DNA of 57,443 nucleotides from a virus (Duplodnaviria; Caudoviricetes): IMG/VR virus record IMGVR_UViG_3300048693_000127, positions 1 to 57,443 of that record; one strand, 5' to 3'. Shown piece by piece: positions 9,353 to 19,000 of this stretch (position 1 is its first letter; each line of letters starts with the position of its first letter). The notes under the pieces were generated by a model. It saw only the letters and a program-made list of their open reading frames with translations, ran no database searches and was not told where the DNA came from. The position numbers and the translations under genes were made by a program.

Positions 9353-9688
9353 ATGGCAACATCTGTATACGAAATAGTAGAAGTTCAGCTAATTGACGGA
9401 ACAAATATTAGTATGCGACCACTAAAAATTTCACTTCTTCGTGACTTTATGAAAGAGTTTCAGAAGATCGGTGATGAAAAGATTGCTGAAGACAACATTA
9501 AGTCAATGGATCTTCTTCTAGATTGTGCTGTAATTGCAATGAAGCAGTATAATCCAGAAATTGCTACAAAGGATCACTTAGAGGACGTTCTTGACTTACC
9601 AACAATTTATAAGATTATTGAAATAGCAGCAGGGATTAAGTTGAACGACCCAAACGCACTAGCGGCGGCTCTAGCTGGGACGAACTAG
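9353..9688 (+). CDS. tail assembly chaperone (G-like)
   Basis: Between the tube and tape measure genes; contains the slippery site C-CCA-AAC. Confidence 0.85.
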   Translation: MATSVYEIVEVQLIDGTNISMRPLKISLLRDFMKEFQKIGDEKIAEDNIKSMDLLLDCAVIAMKQYNPEIATKDHLEDVLDLPTIYKIIEIAAGIKLNDPNALAAALAGTN

Positions 9689-9699
9689 ATTTAGTCGCC
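9649..9699 (+). other. programmed -1 frameshift signal: slippery heptamer CCCAAAC plus downstream hairpin
   Basis: X-XXY-YYZ in frame at 9649-9655; the -1 frame is open to 10032; GGCGGCT/AGTCGCC stem begins 8 nt downstream. Confidence 0.85.
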
Positions 9700-10032
9700 A
9701 TAGAATCACGGGTATTCCTACTAGGTCACTGGAAGGACTACCAAGAAATGGAGGATAGTCTTTCAATGCCAGAATTGGTTGCAGTTCTTGAGGCAAAGCA
9801 AAAAGAAGATTATGAAAATAAAAAATTCTTTGCTGCCCTCAAGGGTGTAAACATAGATGGTGAATCAGAAAGAAAGATTAATCCATGGGAAGCTATGAAG
9901 GCAAGAGTTGCAAGCGGCGGTAAAACTTCTGACCCATACGATATCGTTGGCCTACAAGGATACTCTGCACAAAGAGCAGGGTTCGGTATTGGTGCTGGTC
10001 TAGACTATGAGGTAATTGATGGCAACAACTAA
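9655..10032 (+). CDS. tail assembly chaperone frameshift extension (T part of the GT-like product 9353-10032)
   Basis: The -1 frame reads RTSGGSSWDELDLVAIESRVFLLGHWKDYQEMEDSLSMPEL... with no stop before track ORF 9748-10032. Confidence 0.8.
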   Translation, partial: RTSGGSSWDELDLVAIESRVFLLGHWKDYQEMEDSLSMPELVAVLEAKQKEDYENKKFFAALKGVNIDGESERKINPWEAMKARVASGGKTSDPYDIVGLQGYSAQRAGFGIGAGLDYEVIDGNN

Positions 10033-13000
10033 AGCAGTTATTGATATTGCGATTAATACTAGTGATGCTGCTGCACAACTTCGCAATCTTCAGTCACAAA
10101 TAAATGCTTTCAATACTGCATTAAATAAAAACAATATTGTTCACGCTCAAGCCGCAAGAAGCTTTAGCGAAACGCTGCTGGCTGCTGCAAACGCTACAGG
10201 AGCATTTACTGCACAGCAAATTAAGATGGAAACATCTGCAAAACGACTTGATCAAACTCTTACAAAAGGTCAAGCAACTCTTAGTCAATATTTTAATGCA
10301 AAGTTTAGAAAAAACAGTGCTGAGGCAGCAGCAGTTTTATCTTTAGCAAATTCTAGAGTTCAGTCGCTCCAAACACAATTTGTTAGTGCAACTTCCGCTG
10401 CAAATGGTTTTAGAGATGCTATTGCAATACGGCCACTACAGGCATTTAATGATAGTGCAATGGTGTCAAATGAAAGACTAGCTATTCATCGTGCAATGTT
10501 GCGTCAAGCAACAACTTCAATGATTAACTTCGGTAAGAATACACAGTGGGCTGGTCGCCAGTTGATGGTTGGTTTTACTGTTCCACTTACAATTTTTGGT
10601 GCTGCCGCAGGTAAAACATTTAAAGAAATTGAGCAGGCAGCAGTAAGATTTAAAAAAGTATATGGAGATGCATTTACAACTCCAGAAGAAATTGAACAAA
10701 ATATGAAGGCAGTTGAAGGTCTTGCTGTTGAATTTACTAAATATGGAATTGCAGTAAAAGACACTATTGGGCTGGCGGCTGAGGCTGCTGCTGCTGGTGC
10801 AAAAAATGCTGAACTTGTTGCTGCAACGACTGAGGCTACAAGGCTTGCTACCCTGGGACAAATGGAGCAAGGAGAAGCTTTAAGTGCAACTATAGCCTTA
10901 CAAAATGCTTTTAAGCTTTCTACAACAGACTTAACAAAAGAAATTAACTTTTTAAACGCAGTTGAAAACCAAACAGTTGTTACCCTACAAGACCTAGCTG
11001 GAGCAATTCCAAGAGTAGCGCCAGTAATTGTTGGTTTAGGTGGTGACGTAAGAGATCTTGCTGCAATGATGGCTGCTATGCAAGAAGGTGGTGTAAGTGC
11101 TGCTCAAGGAGCAAACGCTCTAAAATCTGGTCTTGCATCATTAATTAATCCAACAAATAAAGCTACTGAAACATTAGAAAAGATGGGAATTAATATAACA
11201 AACATCGTTCAAACAAATCGTGGCGATTTAATGGGAACAGTAACAGCCTTTGCAGAAGAGATTTCTAAACTTGATAAATTTACTCGTCAGCAGGCATTGG
11301 AAGAACTTTTTGGTAAATACCAATACGCAAGACTTGGAGCATTGTTTGACAACATTATTAAAGACGGAACTCAGGCATCAAGAGTTTTACAATTAGCTGG
11401 TTTGTCAGCAGAGCAAATGGCTACATCAGCAGAAAGAGAACTAAGCGTTATTTCTGAGGCAACATCTACAAAGTATATGGCTGCCATGGAAAGATTTAAA
11501 ATGTCTATCGCACCACTTGGTGAAATGTTTATGAAAATATCAACACCAATTATTAACTTTTTCTCAAAACTATTTGAAATGTTTGATAAGTTGCCAGACG
11601 GTGCTAAAAACTTTGTTGCACTTGCAACAATTATAACTGGAGTAGTTATCCCAGCAGGAACTATGTTCTTGGGCTTGTTAATGAACTTGATGGGAACTTT
11701 AGTAAAGTTTGGAAGTGTTATTGGTGTAGCTATAAAGGGTCTTGGAAAAGGCGGAATATCTGGTGCAGTTCAAGCGGTATCACAATCATTAAGATATATG
11801 GGACTACAAGAAATTGAGGCTGCTGGTGCCGCACAACAGCTTGGTATTGCTACTGATGCAGCAAATGCCGCATTATTAGAGCAGGTAGCAGCAGCTGGAA
11901 ATGCACGAGTAGCTATTCAAAATCTATCAGAAGCCTATGATATTTTAATTGCAAAGCAATTACAAACCGCTGAACTTAGCAACGTCTTCTTTGGACCTTC
12001 TGCTGCTGCTGCAACTGGTGCAGGAGCAAGACCACCAAGAAAACAAAGAAGAAATCGCGGCGGCAAAATAAATTATATGTCTACGGGAGCAACTGTTCCA
12101 GGAGTTGGAAATACCGATACTGTTCCAGCAATGCTTACTCCTGGAGAGTTTGTAGTTAATAAAGATGCAACTCAAAAAAATCTTCCTCTTTTACATGCAA
12201 TAAATAATGGTAATGAGGTGTTAAAGAGAAATGCTGGTGGCCCAATTCCTGGTGTCCAGTATTTTGGCGCACCATTCAATCGCCCTGGGGGTGGACAAGT
12301 AGCAAAGAATCTTCAAGAACAAGCTAGAGTTCTTGCTGCAATGGGATTTGCTGGTAGGCCATCACAGTCCGAAAGAATTGGAAGCAATAGAACATTTAAG
12401 TTTTTATCAGAAGTAAGTGATCCAGGTGTCCTACAAACTCTTTCTAGAAGAATGAAGTCAAGAGCTGGAGTTAATGTACTTTCTGCAATGTCAGCCAACG
12501 TTGGAGTTGGAAAAGGACAATTTGCAGCCGATGTTAATAAAGATCTAAGATTTGGAAGAGCTTCAAAAGAAGATGTACGAGCACTAACAAGTATGGTTGA
12601 TTTTTATCAGTCTACATTTGATCAGGTTCCATCAGCAAAAGTTGTTCTAGCTGGATTAGGAATAACATCCTCACAAGCAGCAGATAGATTAGCATCTTCC
12701 GTATCATCAAGAATAGGAAGACTTAGTTCAAAAACAATATCTGATCCAGACCTTTATAGTGAAGTTAGACAAGCATATAATGACGTTGGTCTTGAAACAC
12801 TTTTTGATACATTGATGAGAGAAAGAGGGGCACTAAGATATACTCTTCCAACAGATACTATTAAGCGTCTTAAGTCTTCTATGGGTCTTAGTGCATCAGA
12901 AAGTGTTCATGGGCCACTACTAAGAAGCGAATTTGGCTCTGACAATATCTCTGAAGTAAGAGATAGTAGAGGAAGAATGATCTATGTTATTAAGGGTAGC

Positions 13001-16000
13001 GCACTAGGATATGGTGAAGACATTGGCATAAGGCCAGGGTTAACAGAAGATTATTCACCATTAGGATTTAGTTATCAAAAAATTCTTAAAGATGTTCCTG
13101 GTCTAACAAGAGTTCATTTAGGCGAGCCACAAGAATTTGCATTAGGTGGTCTTGTAAATCTATTTAAGAGATCCACATCATTAATTAGTGGATTAAGAAC
13201 AGCAGTTAGAGGCCACGGGCCATCTTCAAGAGCGGCATTCGAACCTGGATCAATTTCATACTCAAGTATGGAAAGAACAAGTCCAGCAAGTAGCAAAGGA
13301 AGATTTTGGCAAATAGCAGATCCAGAAAAAATGCATTTACCACAAGCAACAATTGATAAAGGAAGAAGTAGAGGAAGTAAAGTTATCGGTCATATTTATT
13401 CAAGACAGTTTTATAGTAGACATGGTAACGCACCATCAGGGAGATCTGCGCCAAAAAGAAGTTTTTCACAATTAGCGGGATTGAATTTAGTAGGTGCTAA
13501 TAGATTAAATCCAGGAAAAGAATATGATTTACTTGCAAATCAATTTGTCATGATTGAAGGTAAATGGAATACCAAAATTGGTGCAGCTGGGGGTGGAGCA
13601 ACAAGAAGTGATTGGGTAGATCTTGAGGCATCAGATATGATTTCTTTACTTCACTTTTTAATGTCTCAAGGCATAACAGAAAAAGACGCTTTGAGTGTTG
13701 CAAGAGTTGCTGCAACAAAAATTAATGCAAGAATTAGAGGTACTGGTGGGATTATTGATGAAAAACGCTTTGGCAAAATAGTTACAGGATCAACAATCCA
13801 AGCTCTTAGATCAAAAACAGCAGAATCTATAAATGTACCAGGACTTAATAGCGGTGGAATGATTGGTGGACAAGTTAATAAGTCTCGTTCATTCTATGGA
13901 AGATTTAATGCAAAAACTGTTGAGTTATTTACAAATTGGATTTCTGCTCAACCATCTACAACAGCTACAATGAAACAAAATCCAGCTTTATTCAGAGGTG
14001 GATTTAGAAAGAGCAAGGCAGCAGAAACACTACAGAGATCAACATGGCTTACTCAACTTCCTGAAGTAGGGTCAACAATGTCTCTTGGATCACTTGCATC
14101 ATTCTCTACAACAGATACCGATGTAATTCGACACCTTTCTAATAGCAAATTAAGAAAAGATTATGAAGCAGCTTACACATTCCTTGCTATGGATCAAAGA
14201 AATCAACAAAAGGATGCTAAAAATCTTAGAAGAATTAAGGAAATGGGAATAGAGAATGTTCCATCTTGGGCACCAGAACGTCGTCATTTTGGTGGAATAG
14301 GAAGAACAGGTTTAGAAGCATATATTGAAGATACAGCTGCATTTATAGAAAGTCGTAAAAGAAGTATCAAAAAACACAAAGCTGCAATTCGTGAATATGA
14401 ATCATATATTCCAACTATTATTGAAGTACAAACTCCTAGAGGCACAATAAGAGCAAATCTTGATGATATTGTTGCATTAGAAAATCAACAATATATGGGT
14501 AGAAGAACTTCAGAAAAAGAAAGAATTCTTCATAATGCAGCAATCAAAATCTTATCTATTGAGGATGAAGACCAGGGTATTAAAAGAATTAAGGCAAAAC
14601 TCCTTTCTTCAGAATATCCTGGCTTTAATACTGGTGGTTTTCTTTCTCCAACAATATCTGGTCAAAATATAGTTCCAGGAACTGGAAATACAGATACAGT
14701 ACCAGCAATGCTCACCCCTGGCGAATTTGTTATTAATAAAGAAGCCACAAGAGATAACCTTGGTCTTCTTCACGCTATTAATGGTGGAATAATTAGAGGA
14801 TATCAGTCTGGTGGAGATACTGCTAATAGGCCACATCCAGCTAGCCCACAAGTTCTTTATCCAGGTGGGCAGTTTTCAGCAGACCAACCAATACCAGTAA
14901 ATATTGAAGAAGTATCTGGAACAGATGCTAAAAGATCACCACTTGGTGAAAGTATGAAGTCTCAAAGAAGAATGGGACTTGGAATGGGTATGGGAGCAAT
15001 TGGTGGAGCAATGACGATGGCCCCAATGATTCCTGGAGTTGGTCAAAGTCCAGAACTATCTGGATTAATTTCTGGTGCAGGAATGGGAATGTCTGTTCTT
15101 TCAATGTTGCCAATGATCGGTGCTGGTGGACCAGTAACCATTGGACTTACTGCACTTGCAGCAGCAGCGGCTGCTGGTGGTTTTGCATTATATAAGTGGA
15201 GAGACATGGTTGACTCTGCTTCAAAAGCAGCAGCAGACTTTGGAGCAAATGTTGGTGGAACAGCCAATGCACTAAATCAAGCAGCAGAAATGTTTGGAAC
15301 ACAAACTCCAGCACAACGGCAAGCTGCTACATCAATGGGATTTACTCCAGAACAACAGGCACAGGCTGGTCAAGAATTTGGTTCATATTTTGGATCTGAA
15401 CAAGGACAAAAATTTATTGAAGATTTAAAGGGCGCAACATCAGAAGAAAGGTTCAAAAAACTTTCAGACTACCTAAAGGTAGCTATTGCGTCTGGAATGA
15501 CAGATAAATCTACTGCTCAAAACTTTGCAAAAACTGTTGGGCTTTTGTTAAACGATACCAGATTGGGCGCTGGAGTTTCTACTGCAATTGCTGATCAAAA
15601 AACTGGATCTGATGAATTATTAAAAATTGCAAAAAATAGAGAAGAAGCAGTATCAAATATTACTACTAAAGCTGCTGAAACTCAGGCAATGAATTATAGG
15701 CAATCAGCAAAAACAATTGGTGGATCAATACAAGTAATTCAAGATTTCTCTAATGCTTCTGCTCTTGCTAAAGAAGAATTTGCTAACGGTAAAATTACCT
15801 TTGCAGAATATCAATCAATAGTTCAGCAGTCTAGAGATGCACAAAGTAAATATACTGATGCAATTAGCGATGCAATGAAAAAAACATCAGACTTTGGTGC
15901 AACAATGCAGGCAACAAAAGATCAAATGGTCAAGTCTGGATTGCTTTCAGAAGAACAGTTTACAACATTAGAAGAAGCAACAAAAGTAAGTATAGCAACA

Positions 16001-19000
16001 AAAAAGGAATTATTGTCATCACCTAAAGGTCCAGTAGTCGGTGCTGGTGGAAGAGGTGGGTCTTATTTAGGGCCAGGTATAGCAAGAGCTGGCAATGTTA
16101 AAGTAGTTGATAAAGATCTTCTAGCCGCAGCGACTAGTGCTATTAGTGGTGGAATGGATGCTGCATATGCAACAGAGATTGCTAAAGTTATTGCTAATAA
16201 GCCAAAGGGTAAAGCAGCACAAACATATCGTCAATTAGAGGCCGCAGGTGTTGGTTCACAAGAAGCTTTTGCTGGTGCTGGACTTGTTCGTGCAATAAAT
16301 ACTGGTCAAGTTGCTGGTTTAGAACGCAATAGAACAAATATGGAAGTTGTTATTGATTATATTGAAAAAGGTGGAACTGCAAAAGATCTTACTGATTTTA
16401 TTTTCTCTCTTCCTGAAGAAACAAGAACTACTGTAATGGCTGTATTTGATGATATGGATCAGGGCAGAAGAGAAAGATGGATGATTGATTACAATAAGAT
16501 TCAAGGTATTCTAGGTCCAGATCTAGCTTCAACTATTACATTGTCGGCAGAATATAAGGATGCTAATCCAAAAGAAAAAGATTCTATTTTAAGCGGAATT
16601 AATTTATTCCAAAAGTTACCACCAAGTATTGATAGGTCTGTAGCATATGACTTAGCTATGACTGCAAACAATGGAAAGCCATTGACCCTTAAAGATTCTG
16701 AAAAATTTGTAAAATCAATTAATGACAATTTTGCAAAACTAGGTTCTAAAAATACAGCAGTAACTAAAAAAGTATCTTTAGACATAATGAATACTATGGG
16801 TGTAAGCAATGAAAATGCTTTGAAATATATGGATGAAATTCAAAAGAAAATCAAAAATTTTGCAAAACTTCCAGCTGAACAACAATTCTCAATTCTTACA
16901 ACATTTGCAGTTCTTGGTGAAGCAGAGCAGGCACTTGCTAATTATTTAACTGCAACAAAAGATGGTGGATTCAGCCTACCAACCTATATGACATTAAAAG
17001 GTAATGTTGATACAGCAAGAGCAGCAGCAGATGAAGCCATATCTGGAGCAAGAGTTACATCTACTGAAGATAAGAAAAAGACTGGTGGCGGTGGCGGTGG
17101 TGAAAAATCTCTTAGCGAACAGCTTTCTGAACAATTGAAAGAAATTAGAAAACTTTATGCAGCAATGGCAAATGCTATTAATCCAAATACAATGAAGGCC
17201 ATCATCGCTGGACCATTTGCTCCAGAGTTTATTCAGTATTTAGCTGAACAAGGAGAAGAAGGAAGAAAAGTACTTGAAAAGGGTCGTAAGGCAATACAAA
17301 AAGAATACGACAAGTTTAAAGAGATTAAATTTACAGAGCTTGCTATTCAATCAAGAATGGCTCCAGGATTAAGAAGTGAAGAATTAAGAAGACAACGTGG
17401 CACTCAAGCATTCAGATCTGGACTAATCGGTCAAGGAATGTCTGAAGAACAAGTTGGATATGTAATGGATTCTGTTGGTCCAGATGTACTTCGTGCTAGA
17501 AACGCCCTCATGGCAAAAAGAAAGAAGGCTGGGGGTCCAGGACTAACAGATGCAGAGCAAAGACAACTTAGAGACTATAACAAAAATATTAAGGCCGCAC
17601 AAGAAGAGTCAAAGAAGTTTGTAGAAATTGATTTAGATACAAAGATTAATGATATAAGGCAAAGCTTTATTGGTACTAATAAAGAATTAGCTACTGCTGG
17701 TCAATTAATGGCGGCAGGATATACTCCAGAATTCGCCCAAGAAGTAATGGCTTTGGGATATACATATGATATGGGTACAGCAAAACTAAAAGAATTTACT
17801 GCTGAACTTTACAAGCAAAAGGCAGCATTAGAAGTATTAAAGGGACCACTAACAAATGCAACAGAAAATCTAGACATTTATGGTCAAACTCTTGGAGCAC
17901 AAGTTGAAGCAATTAATAAACTTGAAATTGATCCAATACAAAAGGACATAGATAAACTTAACAAGACAATTACTGGACTTGAAAAAAGTAAGAAGCCACA
18001 TCAAGATGCTATTGACAATCTTCGTGAAGAAGAAGAAAAGCTACAAGAAGTATATGATGAAAGAGTCAAGGCACTTGATGAAGTACAAAGAATTAATCAA
18101 AGAATTATTGATCAGCAACGTGGTCAAATGGATGTTGCGTCTGCGCTATCTCGTGGAGATATTGCTGGCGCTGCATCTGCTGCACTTGAACTTCAAAGAA
18201 CTATGGCACAGCAACGTGCAGATGATGCAAGAAACGCAGTGCAGCAACAATTTGAAAATGAAAGAGCAGTTATAGCAGAAAAAATTAAAGGCTATGAAGA
18301 ACAAATTAAGGCTATTGATGATCAAATTCTTGCAGTTCAAGATGCAATTGCAGCTAAGCAAGATTTAATTGAACAAGCTAAATTGAGACAACTTGCTATT
18401 GAAGAAAAGCTTTATAAAGTTCAATTGCTTAGAGATGCTATTGCTACTAAACAGGCAATACAAGATGCTCAAGCAAGAGGCGCTGGAGATGAAGCAACCC
18501 TTCTTCAAGGTCTTCTTGGTATTCAGATGGGCACCCTTAGCGGTCTTCCAGGCGGGGTTGGTGGAATACCTGGAGCAGAAAACATAATGTCTATGCTTGG
18601 TCAGCCAGGTGTACCAGTTACTCCAGGAATGCCAGGAGTATCTGCTAGTGGAAGTCCAATAACACAGTTTAATGAAAACTTGAAAAAGGAGCTTCCAAAA
18701 CTTGATGAAGCAGTAAAGGCCCTTACTGGAGAAAATGGTCTTCCAAGTGTTATGGATCAGTTTGTTAACGGAATGGTAACATCTGTAAACCAGTTCTTTG
18801 CCTATGTTGCTGGTGCATTAAATGCAGCACCAATTGTTATTCCACCAATTTCTATTCCGTGGTCTGCTACATATAATGCAGGTAAAGGTAAAACTGGAAC
18901 TGTTTCTGGTGTTGCAGTAACAAAAGCTGTTACAACAAATGTTCAAAAGCTTGCTTCCATAGTTACTGAAGGACAAAAGAAAATGTATGGTGGAAGCATT

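Noticed and set aside
13370-13580. Firm HNH nuclease call for tape measure module 2
   Set aside because: Only a loose H...N...N pattern with long spacing; kept as an unassigned domain.
17900-18480. SMC-like or other separate coiled-coil protein within the tape measure gene
   Set aside because: It is continuous with the ORF and has no ATPase motifs; coiled coils are expected in tape measure proteins.
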